Assembly: GCA_044450645.1 (NCBI GenBank) | Contig: JBIOJG010000030.1 | Coordinates: 47 to 64,046 of the forward strand | DNA: 64,000 bases | Direction: 5' to 3' | Origin: Candidatus Binatia bacterium | GTDB lineage: Bacteria; Desulfobacterota; Binatia; HRBIN30 | Shown: in pieces, positions 1 through 11,415 of the stretch | Position numbering within the stretch: position 1 is the first letter of the stretch | Layout: every line of letters starts with the position of its first letter | Position numbers and translations under genes: made by a program | The notes under the pieces: generated by a model | The model's database searches: none | Seen by the model: the letters and a program-made list of their open reading frames with translations, nothing else | What the model was told of the DNA's origin: nothing

Positions 1-157
1 CAGCTTGTGGAGAACCGCTCCCCACAACCCCAACATACAAGTAGGTCCCATCGTCTCAGGGACCGTATCGAAGGGTGCCCGCCGGCTACCGGACTTCTTG
101 TGCAAAGCCGTCTTGAGTGCTGAGCCGGGACAACGAGATATTTTCACGACTCGGGAC

Positions 158-823
158 TCAGGAACTTCTTGTCCTGACACGGCGGCCGACGATTTCGAGT
201 CGGCCCTCGGTCCACAAGCGAATGGCCTCAGGGTAGAGTTCGTTTTCGAGCTGATGGACCCGTGCGGCCAACGTCTCGGGAGTATCGTCGTCCAGGACAG
301 GTACGGTGCCCTGCAGAATGATGGGCCCGGTGTCGTAATGGTCATCCGCGAAGTGGATCGTGCAGCCACTGACCTTGACCCCGGCTTCGAGAACGGCCCG
401 ATGCACTTTGTCGCCGTAGAAACCTTTGCCGCAGAAAGCTGGAATGAGGGCAGGGTGAACGTTGAGCACATGCCCGGCGTAGCGCCCGCGGAGTTGAAAC
501 GGGGAAAGGAAACCGGCCAGGATAATCAGATCGAATGCGTGGCGCTCCAGTTCGGCGTGCAGCGCATCGTTGAAGCCGTCAAGATCACTGAATTCCTTTC
601 GCGGCACCACCGCAACCGGAACGCCGGCATGGCGCGCCCGTTCTAAACCGCCAGCGTCAACCCGTGAGGAAATGACCACGGCGATCTTCGCGGACAAACG
701 GCCATCAGCGACGCGGTCGATGAGGTTCTGCAGTGTCGTGCCGCCGCCGGAAATCAAAACGGCAAGCCGCACCGGCGAAGCCGAGGAGTCCTGAGTCCTG
801 GGTCCTGAGTTCTGCGTGGTCAT
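158..823 (-). CDS. purN: phosphoribosylglycinamide formyltransferase
   Basis: 221 aa. N-terminal VRLAVLISGGGTTLQNL and HPALIPAFCG/DHYDTGPII motifs typical of GAR transformylase. Confidence 0.9.
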   Translation of the reverse strand: MTTQNSGPRTQDSSASPVRLAVLISGGGTTLQNLIDRVADGRLSAKIAVVISSRVDAGGLERARHAGVPVAVVPRKEFSDLDGFNDALHAELERHAFDLIILAGFLSPFQLRGRYAGHVLNVHPALIPAFCGKGFYGDKVHRAVLEAGVKVSGCTIHFADDHYDTGPIILQGTVPVLDDDTPETLAARVHQLENELYPEAIRLWTEGRLEIVGRRVRTRSS

Positions 824-867
824 TGCTGGTCTCTCCGCACCACCGGCCTTCTGTTCTTTTCCTTAGC

Positions 868-1680
868 TCAGGACTCAGCACTATTCCTTGCGAGGAAGCC
901 CACGATGGCGTCGAGGCAGTTCTGCCGGCGCTCGGTCAGGAAACCATGGCCGGCGTTGGCGTACATGACCAGATCGGCGTTGGGAATGCGGTGTGCCAGG
1001 AGAACCGAATTGGGCGCCGGGACCATGAGGTCCTCGCGGCCCACCATCACCAAGGTCCGATGACGGATTTCGGAGAGGCGGTCGTAGACGTTGAACTGTA
1101 CCGCCGCAGCGAAATGACGGGCCAACGCATACGGTGGTGTGGGGTACTCGATCTCAGCGACCAGCTTGGCTTCCAGGTAATCTTCATGTGCGGCGATGAA
1201 GCCGGGGGTGAAGGCGAAGCGCCGATTCTTGCGCGTTGCCTCGGCCGCTGAAAGGCCGTCCGTGTTGGCGATCGCTTCGAGCGTCTTGAGGCTCGGCGGC
1301 GTAATCTGTGGGCCGCCTGGAGTTGTGCAGCAGAGGACAAGGCCATCGATACAATCGGGGTGATCCAGCGCCAGCTGCAGCGCGATCATGCCGCCCATGG
1401 ACGCACCGACGATGTGGGCGCGTGGCATCCCCAGCGTGTTCAGGAGCGCCGCGGCATCGTTCGAGAAGGTGTGGATCGCATAGGGATGGTCCGGCTTATC
1501 GCTGCGGCCGGTGCCACGGTTCTCGAAGGCAAGCACGCGAAAATGCTGTGCCAGTCCGTCAATGAACTCCGGATCCCACATCGCCAGGTTGCCACCGAGT
1601 CCCATGAGTAAAACCAAGGGCGGCCCGCTGCCATGAATCTCGTAGTAAAGATTGACGTCATTGACGCGAGCGTGTGGCAT
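868..1680 (-). CDS. alpha/beta-fold hydrolase
   Basis: 270 aa. HGSGPPLVLLMGLGG oxyanion region and GASMGGMIALQ nucleophile elbow (GxSxG). Confidence 0.8.
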   Translation of the reverse strand: MPHARVNDVNLYYEIHGSGPPLVLLMGLGGNLAMWDPEFIDGLAQHFRVLAFENRGTGRSDKPDHPYAIHTFSNDAAALLNTLGMPRAHIVGASMGGMIALQLALDHPDCIDGLVLCCTTPGGPQITPPSLKTLEAIANTDGLSAAEATRKNRRFAFTPGFIAAHEDYLEAKLVAEIEYPTPPYALARHFAAAVQFNVYDRLSEIRHRTLVMVGREDLMVPAPNSVLLAHRIPNADLVMYANAGHGFLTERRQNCLDAIVGFLARNSAES

Positions 1681-1796
1681 GGGGCCGCAGGCTAGGGCGT
1701 TTTCTTTTCGGAATCAATCGGGGGGCGAGGACCGGGGCTGTCCGGAGAAGCGGCGGTCGACTCGAGTTGGTGCCTTCAACGCCAAACCTCCCAAGC

Positions 1797-2840
1797 CTAC
1801 TCCGCAGGCGCCGCGTTGATTCGGTCGATCAACTGACGGAGGCGCCCGAAGTGGATGCGGTTGAAGCAGAACACCAAGCGCGGCAGATGGAAGATGGCGG
1901 CATCGTCACGTTCCGTCGGAAAGGCCGGTCGTTGCTCCATGACGCCGTCGACGATGATGTCGTGAAACTCCTCGGTGAGCGCCTGTACGAACGGCTGCGG
2001 GAGCGGACGCATCAGCCGGATCACCAAGCGGTCGCCGACGTACCGCGAGGAGTGATAGACGCGGTAGAAGGTGACAATCTCGTCGACCGCGGTCTGGACA
2101 TTGTCGGTGACCTTGTAGAGCGCCAAATCGTCAGACGAGATCATCCCGCGCCGCAGGATGTGATCTTCAACATAGCGCTGCCAGGTCTTCCAGTAGGTGC
2201 CCCGCGGCCGGTCGAGCAGGACCAGCGGTATGGGTTTCGTTTTGCCCGTTTGCAGGAGCGTCAGGGTCTCAAAGCCTTCGTCGTGTGTGCCGAAGCCACC
2301 GGGGAAGAGGACGACCGCATCGGCTTCTTTGATGAAGAATAGCTTGCGGGTGAAGAAATACTTGAAGTTGATGAGCTTCGGATCGCCGTGGATGACCCGG
2401 TTCGGCTCCTGCTCGAACGGCAGTCGGATATTGATGCCGAAGCTGCGGTCGCGGCCAGCGCCACGCTGGCAGGCCTCCATGATGCCGGGGCCGGCTCCCG
2501 TGATGACCATGTAGCCGCAGTCGGCGATGCGTGCGGCAAACAGTTCGGCGAGCGTGAAAACGGGGTCCCCGGTCTCCGTGCGAGCCGAGCCGAACGTGCT
2601 CACCTTGCGGACGTGGCGGTACGGCGCGAAGAGCTTGAAGGCATGACGCATTTCCTTGAGAGCGCCGGTGGCGATCTTCAAGTCGCCGATCGAAGTGCCG
2701 TCCCTCGCCAATTCCTGTGCGCTGGCGATGAGCGCGTCGATGTATCGCTGTTGGGCCGCGCCGGTGGTTGCTTCGATCCCCGGGTCGACCGCGCCATCAG
2801 AAATAGGAAGCTTAGTGGACATAGCACATCTATAAACCAA
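1797..2840 (-). CDS. LOG-family (TIGR00730) Rossmann-fold nucleotide-binding protein, PpnN-like, with C-terminal extension
   Basis: 347 aa. LFPGGFGTHDE motif diagnostic of the LOG/PpnN family; MVITGAGPGIMEA. Confidence 0.75.
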   Translation of the reverse strand: MVYRCAMSTKLPISDGAVDPGIEATTGAAQQRYIDALIASAQELARDGTSIGDLKIATGALKEMRHAFKLFAPYRHVRKVSTFGSARTETGDPVFTLAELFAARIADCGYMVITGAGPGIMEACQRGAGRDRSFGINIRLPFEQEPNRVIHGDPKLINFKYFFTRKLFFIKEADAVVLFPGGFGTHDEGFETLTLLQTGKTKPIPLVLLDRPRGTYWKTWQRYVEDHILRRGMISSDDLALYKVTDNVQTAVDEIVTFYRVYHSSRYVGDRLVIRLMRPLPQPFVQALTEEFHDIIVDGVMEQRPAFPTERDDAAIFHLPRLVFCFNRIHFGRLRQLIDRINAAPAE

Positions 2841-2932
2841 GCCGGATCACTGATCTACGAAGGGGGCGCAGAACGGGAAGATCCCAAGCGGCGCAGGCGC
2901 ACCCCGGCCGGACGGCTAAAGACCGCCTCGGA

Positions 2933-4036
2933 TCAAAACGTGAACCGGCGCATGCTGATGTTCATTAGCATGCCGATGGCGATCATACTGGCGAGTAACG
3001 ATGAGCCGCCGTAACTGAAAAAGGGCAGGGTGATTCCCACCACCGGCAGCGACCCAGTGGCCATGCCGACGTTGACCAGCACCTGACTGAAGATCATTGC
3101 CGTCAGGCCGAACGCCAGCAGTACCCCGAAACCGTCGCGCGCGCGCGTCGCCACGATGAAGCAGCGCAGCAGCAGTGCCGAGTACAGGGCCAAAAGGAGG
3201 CAGCCACCGAGGAATCCCCACTCTTCGGCGAACACCGAGAAGATGAAATCGGTATGCTGCTCGGGCAGGAAGTTGAGTCGGTTCTGGGTGCCGTGCAGAT
3301 ACCCCTTGCCATCGATCATGCCCGAACCGATGGCGATCTTCGACTGGATGATGTGATAGCCCGCCCCCAGTGGATCCGCGTTCGGGTTGATGAAGGTCAC
3401 GACGCGCCGCTGCTGGTAGGGCTTCAGGTGATTCCAGACGTACGGCGCGGCCGGCACTAGCACCGCGGCCAGAATCAGCACCCAGCGCAGGCGGAATCCG
3501 GCCGCCAGCAAGAGGGTCGCCATCGTGACCGCTAGCACCACGACGGTTCCGAGGTCTGGTTGCCTGAGGATGAGCAGTGCCGGCGGCGCGAGTAACAAGG
3601 CCGAAATGACGACGCTGCGCAGTGGCAATGACTCATCGCCCACCTGTCGGTGCAGGTGCCGCGCCAGGGCTACCACCAAAGCCAGCTTGGCGAACTCGGA
3701 AGGTTGCAGCGATGCCGGTCCGAAGTTGATCCAGCGGCGTGCGCCACCACCCGAAGCCCCGAGCAGTGCGGTCACGAGCAGCAGGAGTACCGCGGCTGCG
3801 TACAAGAAATACGCGTAGCGTTCGAGCCAGTGATAATCGAAGCTGACGGCGAGGAGCAGGCCGATGAGGCCGAGGGCGGCCCAGATGACCTGGCGTGTAA
3901 AGAGCCCGCTCATCAAGCGGCCGGGCGTATGGGTGGCACTGAGCACCGTCAGCAGGCCGCAGCCGATCACCAGGAGCGCACAGATCAGCAAAGACCAATC
4001 GAAATGCAGGATCAGCCGGCGATCAATTTTGAGCAT
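2933..4036 (-). CDS. rodA: rod shape-determining SEDS peptidoglycan glycosyltransferase RodA
   Basis: 367 aa polytopic membrane protein with QPSEFAKL and PFFSYGGSS SEDS motifs. Last gene of the mre operon. Confidence 0.9.
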   Translation of the reverse strand: MLKIDRRLILHFDWSLLICALLVIGCGLLTVLSATHTPGRLMSGLFTRQVIWAALGLIGLLLAVSFDYHWLERYAYFLYAAAVLLLLVTALLGASGGGARRWINFGPASLQPSEFAKLALVVALARHLHRQVGDESLPLRSVVISALLLAPPALLILRQPDLGTVVVLAVTMATLLLAAGFRLRWVLILAAVLVPAAPYVWNHLKPYQQRRVVTFINPNADPLGAGYHIIQSKIAIGSGMIDGKGYLHGTQNRLNFLPEQHTDFIFSVFAEEWGFLGGCLLLALYSALLLRCFIVATRARDGFGVLLAFGLTAMIFSQVLVNVGMATGSLPVVGITLPFFSYGGSSLLASMIAIGMLMNISMRRFTF

Positions 4037-5867
4037 AGGTGGCCTCTTCGCGGGCCTTCTTCAGGTCGAAGTAGCTTTGCATGACCTGGCGGGCGATCGG
4101 CGCGGCGACCGCTCCGCCGCCCCCTTCGGCGTGTTCCACCAGCGCGACCACGGCGATTTCCGGCGCGTCCACCGGCGCGTAGGTGACGAACCAGGCGTGG
4201 TCGCGCTCTTGCCAGGGGAGCTGTGCCGACTTGACCCGCTCTTTCCCCATCTTCACTACCTGCGACGTTCCGGTCTTGCCTGCCGCCACGATGCCGTTCA
4301 AGCGGGCGAGCTTGCCGGTGCCGTTCGGCGCGTTGACGACGTCGCGCAGGCCGTCGCGCACTTGCATGAGCGTGGTTGCACGCACCTTCAGGGTGCCGAT
4401 GATTTCAGGTGTTTCCGTTTTGACGACACCGCCGTCCGGCGTGTCGATCTGCTTCACGTATTTGGGGCGGAACCGTTTGCCGACGGCAACCGTGCTGATC
4501 ATGTTGGCCATTTGCAGCGGCGTGGCGGTGACGTATCCCTGCCCGATGGCCACCGACAACGTCTCGCCGGCATACCATGGCTGATTGAAGCGCCGCCGCT
4601 TCCAAGCCGTGTCGGGAATCGTGCCCACCTTCTCGTGTTCCAGTTCAATCCCAGTCGGCAACCCCAGCCCATAGGCGCGAGCGTAACGAGCAATCGTATC
4701 GATGCCGAGACGCTGCGCTACCTGGTAGAAGAACACGTCACAGGATTGCACCAGTGCGTCGTGCAGGTTCATCGAGCCGTGCCCCCCCTTTTTCCAACAG
4801 CGGAAGTAGTGGTTGCCGAACTGCAGGCCGCCGGGGCAGTGGATGCGGGTAAACGGGTTGATCACACCTTCCTCGAGCGCGGCTGTTGCGACGATGATTT
4901 TGAAGGTCGAACCGGGCGGGTACTGCCCCTGGATCGCACGGTTGTTGAGCGGGCGGTGCTTGTCGGTCAGCAGCGCCCGCCATTCACCGCGATGGATACC
5001 ACGCGCAAAGACGTTGGGGTCGAACGAGGGCCGGCTGACGAGAGCCAAGATCTCCCCGGTGTTCGGGTCCAGCGCGACCACGCTACCGTCATGATCGCCC
5101 ATGGCTTGCCACGCGGCGTCCTGGAGGCCGCGGTCGATCGTCAGCTTCACCGTACTTCCGGGGACCTCTTCGACTTCTCGCAGCACGCGTAGCTTGCGGC
5201 CGACGGCGTCAACCTCCACTTGCTGGCCACCATCGACGCCGCGCAGGTAGTTTTCCAGGTGCTTCTCCAGGCCGACCTTGCCGATGAGATCGCCCATGCG
5301 ATTGCGCGGATCGGCCAGCATATCTTGCTGACTGCCCTCGCCCACGTACCCGAGCAGATGTGCTAGCTCTCCATTGAGGGGATAGCTCCGGCGTGAGGTA
5401 ATCTGGAGGCTCACACCGGGAAGGTCGAGCTGGTGCGTTTCGAGCGCAACCATGTCTTCCCAGTCCAAGTCGCGCTTGATGGTGATGCCCTCGAACGCCG
5501 GCCGGGCAGGCGTCTGAGTGAGCAGGGCGTGCACGTTGGCGGCGCTCTGGTGGAAGAATTGGGCCAGGTTCTCGACCGTCAAGCCCATGTTGTGGGCATC
5601 TTCCGGAACCAGGACCGCGTCAAAGGAGGGCCGGCTGTCGATCAGTACCCGACCGAAACGATCGAGCACCGTGCCACGAGTTGCCTGCACACGGTGCAGC
5701 CGGATGCGGTTGTTTTCAGACAGTGTCCGCATCTCGTCGCCGTGCAGAATCTGCAGATCCCACAGCCGGGCCAGGAGCAACAGAAAGCACAGGAGCCCAA
5801 TTCCAAGCGCGATCATGACGCGCTGGCGCAGGACTGCGGGGACCTCGCGTTGGCTGAGCGGGACCAC
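4023..5867 (-). CDS. mrdA: penicillin-binding protein 2 (peptidoglycan D,D-transpeptidase)
   Basis: 614 aa. N-terminal TM anchor, PBP dimerisation domain, transpeptidase motifs STFK, SCD, KTGT. 14-nt overlap with rodA. Confidence 0.9.
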   Translation of the reverse strand: MVPLSQREVPAVLRQRVMIALGIGLLCFLLLLARLWDLQILHGDEMRTLSENNRIRLHRVQATRGTVLDRFGRVLIDSRPSFDAVLVPEDAHNMGLTVENLAQFFHQSAANVHALLTQTPARPAFEGITIKRDLDWEDMVALETHQLDLPGVSLQITSRRSYPLNGELAHLLGYVGEGSQQDMLADPRNRMGDLIGKVGLEKHLENYLRGVDGGQQVEVDAVGRKLRVLREVEEVPGSTVKLTIDRGLQDAAWQAMGDHDGSVVALDPNTGEILALVSRPSFDPNVFARGIHRGEWRALLTDKHRPLNNRAIQGQYPPGSTFKIIVATAALEEGVINPFTRIHCPGGLQFGNHYFRCWKKGGHGSMNLHDALVQSCDVFFYQVAQRLGIDTIARYARAYGLGLPTGIELEHEKVGTIPDTAWKRRRFNQPWYAGETLSVAIGQGYVTATPLQMANMISTVAVGKRFRPKYVKQIDTPDGGVVKTETPEIIGTLKVRATTLMQVRDGLRDVVNAPNGTGKLARLNGIVAAGKTGTSQVVKMGKERVKSAQLPWQERDHAWFVTYAPVDAPEIAVVALVEHAEGGGGAVAAPIARQVMQSYFDLKKAREEATYAQN

Positions 5868-6365
5868 TTATTCTTCCTCGGCGACGGCCAACTGCTGGCT
5901 GTGAGCCAGCAGGGCGAACACTGCGGGGCTGACAACGGCGGCAAGGGCCGCTTCAAGAAACAAGTACCGGAGAACGCTCTGCCACAAGTTTCCGGCCGAC
6001 ATGAAAAAAGCGATGAGTGCAAACACCGCCGTGGTCTTCAGCACGGACGCGAGAAACACCAAGACAATCTTCGAAATGGCGTTGTCGACCCATAAGCGCC
6101 GCGACGTCAGGTATACCAGAATGAACACCAGGCACATCCCACAGGCATTCAGTCCGACCACGCTGCCCGAGAACGTATCCTGTAAGTAGCCAAGGAGAAA
6201 GGCGCCGACCGCCCCAGCGACGGAGTGCTGGTGCAGACCCAGGTAAACACAGACGATCAGCAGCAGATCCGGAGTGGCCTGACCGACGGTGAGGAACGGA
6301 AGGAGGGTCGTTTGCAACAACAGTGCCGCTACCGCAATGGTGGTCAACAAAACTGCCGCCCGCAC
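5868..6365 (-). CDS. mreD: rod shape-determining protein MreD
   Basis: 165 aa small polytopic membrane protein between mreC and mrdA. Call rests on position and hydrophobicity. Confidence 0.7.
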   Translation of the reverse strand: MRAAVLLTTIAVAALLLQTTLLPFLTVGQATPDLLLIVCVYLGLHQHSVAGAVGAFLLGYLQDTFSGSVVGLNACGMCLVFILVYLTSRRLWVDNAISKIVLVFLASVLKTTAVFALIAFFMSAGNLWQSVLRYLFLEAALAAVVSPAVFALLAHSQQLAVAEEE

Positions 6366-6433
6366 GGACTAAGCCCCCATTTCGGTATCCGTACGGACGG
6401 GTTGAGAGAGAGAGGGAAACTGCGCCACTGAGA

Positions 6434-7273
6434 TCACGGGGCCGTCTCCTTCAACTGGACGCTGCCGTGTGTGACCAGCACCTCCTCGATGCGATCCAAC
6501 GGCACGCTCGGCTTGATGTCGGCCACTTGGAGCAAACCCCGATTTCCACGTGTGACGCGGGTGACCTCGCCGATCATGATGCCTTTTGGGAAGAGTCCAT
6601 CCAGTCCTGAGGTGACGACGCGATCCCCAACTTCCACGTCCTCGTCGCGCTTAAGATACTTCATTACGCAGCCGCCATCCAGCGCGCCCTCGACAATACC
6701 GCGTGCCCGACTGCGCTGGACGACGGCATCGATGCCGCTGTTGTGGTCGGTGAGGAGCAAGACGCGGGCGGAATGGGTTCCTGTCGCCATCGTTTGGCCG
6801 ACGACCCCGAACGGCGAGAGCACCGCGGCATTCTTGTGCACGCCGTCGCCTTCCCCTTTATCGATCGTCAAAGTGCTGAACCATGGCAATGGGTCGCGGC
6901 CGATGATGGTGGCCGCCAGTATGTCGCCCTCGAGCGTCGAGCGCAAACTGAGGAGTTCTTCGAGCCGCTTGTCGGTCTGTTCGACTTCCCCGAGTCGCAC
7001 AGCCTCTTGCTCGAGCTCGAGAATGCGGCGGCGCAGCCGTTCGTTTTCCTGCCTGACACCGACCAGATCGAAGTACATGCGCCATGTTCCCACGACAACC
7101 TGAATCGCGCTGGTGGTCGCTCGTTGCAGGGGCCACATCCCGTCGAGCACTACGCCGGCAACAGGATCCATGCGCCGCCGCGTCCGAGAACCAACGGACA
7201 GCAAGAGCACCGAGATCAGCAACAACGATCCGGAGGTGAGGACGACGCGATTTCTCCGGACGAACTCCAGCAT
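6434..7273 (-). CDS. mreC: rod shape-determining protein MreC
   Basis: 279 aa. N-terminal TM, coiled coil (RLRRRILELEQEAVRL), C-terminal beta domains. Sits downstream of mreB. Confidence 0.85.
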   Translation of the reverse strand: MLEFVRRNRVVLTSGSLLLISVLLLSVGSRTRRRMDPVAGVVLDGMWPLQRATTSAIQVVVGTWRMYFDLVGVRQENERLRRRILELEQEAVRLGEVEQTDKRLEELLSLRSTLEGDILAATIIGRDPLPWFSTLTIDKGEGDGVHKNAAVLSPFGVVGQTMATGTHSARVLLLTDHNSGIDAVVQRSRARGIVEGALDGGCVMKYLKRDEDVEVGDRVVTSGLDGLFPKGIMIGEVTRVTRGNRGLLQVADIKPSVPLDRIEEVLVTHGSVQLKETAP

Positions 7274-7361
7274 GAATGGCGACGGATTACGGGTTCAGGG
7301 GCTCAGGACTCGGGGCGGCGAGACGGATGAAACGCTCCTCGAACGCTCCAACCAGAAGCCA

Positions 7362-8411
<1,050 letters not shown>

Positions 8412-8562
8412 TTATGAGTTCGTGTACAAGAATTCCGGCAGCAGGGCAAGGTAAAGTTCAGGATTCCTTCTCTAAAGATCGGAATTCCTTGTCACCTGTG
8501 GCGCGCCTCGATGAACACGGCGCGGACCGCTGACCTGGCAAGATATCAATTCGGGTGTATTT

Positions 8563-9483
8563 TTGCTTATAATTGCACTCGGTATCCCGGCTGGGAAAAC
8601 CGAGTGGCGAAGTGAGCCAGCGGCACAGTACGCGAATATGATTCGAACTCTTCTCTCGGTTGTGCTCTGCGCTGCGGCCGTCATCATTGGTGATGTCATC
8701 TTCCGCACCAGTCTACTGCACCAACTGCGCCCGATCATTCTGTCACCGTCGGATCAAGCGGTGGTCGATCCTCCCGTCCGAGTGGTTTGGGACGGTCCCC
8801 AACAGATGCGGGTGCTGCTCTCAATTGCGGGGGAGGCGCAACGTGATCTCGGTGTTCACGAGTCGCCACTCGAGATCCCGGGCGATCAGTTCCCCCGGGA
8901 GGGCGGCTACGGTCTGGAATTGCAGTCGCTCCGGTACGGCAACTGGATCCGGGCAACGCGTTGGTTCCAGGTCCATGCGGTGCAAGAGCGCCGTCCGGAA
9001 CCGGACCACAAAGAGCGAGGCTGGGAGGCCAAAGACCTGCTTCGTGCCTTGGAGGCGGCGCGTACGGCCCGTGACAAGGCGCAGGAACGGACGAAATTTC
9101 TGAGCGAAGAGAACGCCGCCCTCCGGGATGAAAGCGAGCGTTTGGCTAAGCAGTTGGAGGCGCTGTACAAAACGCAGGAAGAAGAGATGGAGCGCAGCAC
9201 TGAATTGGAGAAACATCTCGCCCAGCTGGGCGAAGAAAACCGGGCCTTGACGGAGGAGAACGCGGCCGTTCGGCTGCGCCTCAGCAACGTCATCCCGTGC
9301 ACCGTGTGGGGGTACTTCAGCTATCCGCATCCGCAGACCATCCCGCTCACCCGCCGCATTCTCATGGTGAGCGACACGCGTGGCCAAGTGTTCCGTGGCC
9401 AGCCCGACTGCGAACTCATGCGGCGCAGTGATCCCACCGCGGCCTCCATCTGCTTCTGTGTGGGCAACTCTTGGGGGGGGTAA
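8563..9483 (+). CDS. hypothetical membrane-anchored coiled-coil protein
   Basis: 306 aa. One N-terminal hydrophobic helix, then a long charged heptad-like segment (LSEENAALRDESERLAKQLEALYKTQEEEMERSTELEKHLAQL). True start may be the internal Met near 8638. Preferred over the antisense R/L-rich ORF 8821-9651. Confidence 0.4.
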   Translation: MLIIALGIPAGKTEWRSEPAAQYANMIRTLLSVVLCAAAVIIGDVIFRTSLLHQLRPIILSPSDQAVVDPPVRVVWDGPQQMRVLLSIAGEAQRDLGVHESPLEIPGDQFPREGGYGLELQSLRYGNWIRATRWFQVHAVQERRPEPDHKERGWEAKDLLRALEAARTARDKAQERTKFLSEENAALRDESERLAKQLEALYKTQEEEMERSTELEKHLAQLGEENRALTEENAAVRLRLSNVIPCTVWGYFSYPHPQTIPLTRRILMVSDTRGQVFRGQPDCELMRRSDPTAASICFCVGNSWGG

Positions 9484-9508
9484 GAGCGCCAGAATTCGGA
9501 ACGTCAGG

Positions 9509-10579
9509 CTATTCGCGGCGCCGTGCGTCGGCGGAGCCCGACGATTCGCCACTGGTTGGCCGGCGCTGGTCCGGAGAGCCCAAGACCTCGTCCTGAAGGT
9601 TGTCAACCCCGGTTTCGAGGGTGACGTCCATGGGGACGCCGGACTGCTCAAGGACGGCGCGCTTCACGCGTTCGAAATCAACACGCGAACGCAGGCCAAA
9701 CTTGTCGATCAAGCGTGCCGCCTCCCGGTACGGCCCAGGGGTCAGCTCGTAGATGTCTTTGTGCACTTCGACGTAGACATGCCCGTCGCGGATTCCCACC
9801 TTCACCGGCTGATAGACGAACTCGCCAGGCGCACCGACCGGCACCATCGGAAACAGCCGCTCGATGTCCTCGGGGTATAGTCGAATACATCCATGACTCA
9901 CCTGCATGCCCACGCCCCATGGAATGTCAGTCCCGTGGATGCCGTACAGCGGTAGGGTCAGTTCGAGCCGGTACTTGCCGAGAGGATTATCGGGCGCACC
10001 GCCGGCAATGAAGTCCGGGGCAGGTTTCCCGTCTCGTCGATGCTCGGCCTTTATGGATTCCGGCAGGACCCAAGTTGGGTTGACAGTCTTGCCACGAATA
10101 CGGAACGTGCCCTGCGGCGTGCGCCAGTCATCACGCCCAAGACCGACCGGAAAAGTGGTCACGATGACGGTGCCTTCCGCCCCGGGCCGGAACTGGTACA
10201 GGCGCATCTCCGGGATATTGACGACAAGACCCTTGTATTCCACATCCGGCAGAACCCATGCGGTGGGCAACAGGATGATTTGCCCTGGCTTGGGGATCCA
10301 CGGGTCAACGCCGGGATTAGCCTCGCTGATCTCGTTGTATCCAAGGTCGTAGTAGCGAGCCACGTCCAGGAACGTGTCGTTCTTCTGGCCCTGGTAAAAC
10401 CGCGTTGAACCGATAATGGTATGTGCGCGGTCCGGATCTCGGCTTGCGACCGCTACAAACGGACGCGCGAGGCTGACCTTCTCGTTGAAGAGTTCCTCGG
10501 TCCACTCGCGCGCCCAAGCGCTGCTTGTCAGCGCAGTTAGCAACGCGGCCAGCCCGAGCCAGCGCGCTCTCGAACTCAT
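9509..10579 (-). CDS. L,D-transpeptidase (YkuD/ErfK family) with LysM domain
   Basis: Signal peptide MSSRARWLGLAALLTALTSSAWA; LysM (YYDLGYNEISEANPGV...IILLP); YkuD catalytic motif GIHGT...SHGCIRL. Start taken at the internal Met (the ORF track extends to 10675). Confidence 0.8.
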   Translation of the reverse strand: MSSRARWLGLAALLTALTSSAWAREWTEELFNEKVSLARPFVAVASRDPDRAHTIIGSTRFYQGQKNDTFLDVARYYDLGYNEISEANPGVDPWIPKPGQIILLPTAWVLPDVEYKGLVVNIPEMRLYQFRPGAEGTVIVTTFPVGLGRDDWRTPQGTFRIRGKTVNPTWVLPESIKAEHRRDGKPAPDFIAGGAPDNPLGKYRLELTLPLYGIHGTDIPWGVGMQVSHGCIRLYPEDIERLFPMVPVGAPGEFVYQPVKVGIRDGHVYVEVHKDIYELTPGPYREAARLIDKFGLRSRVDFERVKRAVLEQSGVPMDVTLETGVDNLQDEVLGSPDQRRPTSGESSGSADARRRE

Positions 10580-10716
10580 CAAATTAGGAAAGAGTGCGCC
10601 AAGAGATTGACATCCACCACCGTCCGACCACCCCGCACCCAAAGAAGCTAGAGACGATATCTGCCATTGCTTCACTATGAAAGCACAATGAAGCGGTCAA
10701 ACCAAGCATTGATAAC

Positions 10717-10749
10717 GACTGTCGCCCCGAGGAGCCCAGGGCGACAGTC
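10717..10749 (-). terminator. perfect 11-bp stem hairpin (GACTGTCGCCC/GGGCGACAGTC, 11-nt loop) just 3' of hsp20
   Basis: Perfect inverted repeat read directly from the sequence, 18 nt downstream of the hsp20 stop on the minus strand. The downstream U-tract is weak (GTTATCAATGCTT). Confidence 0.3.
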
Positions 10750-10766
10750 AAACCGTACGGAGCAGA

Positions 10767-11228
10767 TCAGTGCACCGTGATGGGCACCTTCTTGGCCACC
10801 ATTTCCTTCGGCGCCTTCATCGTAATCTCCAAGACGCCATCATGGTAGGTCGCCTTGATGGTATCCGTGTCCACGCCCTCGGGTAGGTCCACGGCACGCT
10901 CAAAGCGCCCGTAGCCAACCTCCCTGTAGAAGTAGTCCTTCTCCTTACGCTCCTCCTTGGCCTTGCGTTCGCCGCGCAACATCAGCCGATGGCCTTCGAC
11001 GGCAAGCTCAACTTCCTTCGGATCAATTCCAGGCAGGTCGGCCCGGACGATCAACTCACCGTTGCGCACATAGCTTTCAACGGTTGGCATAGTCGGAAAG
11101 CCGGAACGCCAAGTGCTCGGAAGCCACTCTTCCTCTGTCGTTCCAAAGAAGCGATTGAACATTTCGTCGATGTCTCGGTGAAGTGTGGACAGCTCCCTGA
11201 AAGGCCTCCATGGCGCTAACGCTCTCAT
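10767..11228 (-). CDS. Hsp20/alpha-crystallin small heat-shock protein
   Basis: 153 aa. ELIVRADLPGIDPKEVELAVEGHRLMLRGER...YGRFERAVDLPEGVD matches the alpha-crystallin domain consensus. Confidence 0.85.
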   Translation of the reverse strand: MRALAPWRPFRELSTLHRDIDEMFNRFFGTTEEEWLPSTWRSGFPTMPTVESYVRNGELIVRADLPGIDPKEVELAVEGHRLMLRGERKAKEERKEKDYFYREVGYGRFERAVDLPEGVDTDTIKATYHDGVLEITMKAPKEMVAKKVPITVH

Positions 11229-11415
11229 TGGTATTCACCTCCTTCTGCGCCAAAATTAGTTACGAATCACGCCAGTTCAAGGGGTCGGAAGGATGCTCGT
11301 TTTCGCGGCAATTCGCGTGGATCCGCCCGATGTTCGAACGGGGCTTCAGGCGCGCGATTGGCGCCGGATGCCGACTGCCTTGTCTTTGCCCCCGTGGTTA
11401 TGAATACTCGCGGTA

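Noticed and set aside
5-646. 213-aa plus-strand ORF
   Set aside because: Entirely antisense to purN (158-823), which has unmistakable GAR-transformylase motifs. It is a typical long antisense ORF in GC-rich DNA.
3864-5192. 442-aa plus-strand ORF
   Set aside because: Antisense to PBP2 (mrdA). Arg/Ala/Gly-rich low-complexity translation with no motifs.
8821-9651. 276-aa minus-strand ORF overlapping the plus-strand coiled-coil protein
   Set aside because: R/L/A-rich junk-like translation. The plus-strand frame gives a natural charged heptad coiled coil and a TM helix, so it was preferred (with modest confidence).
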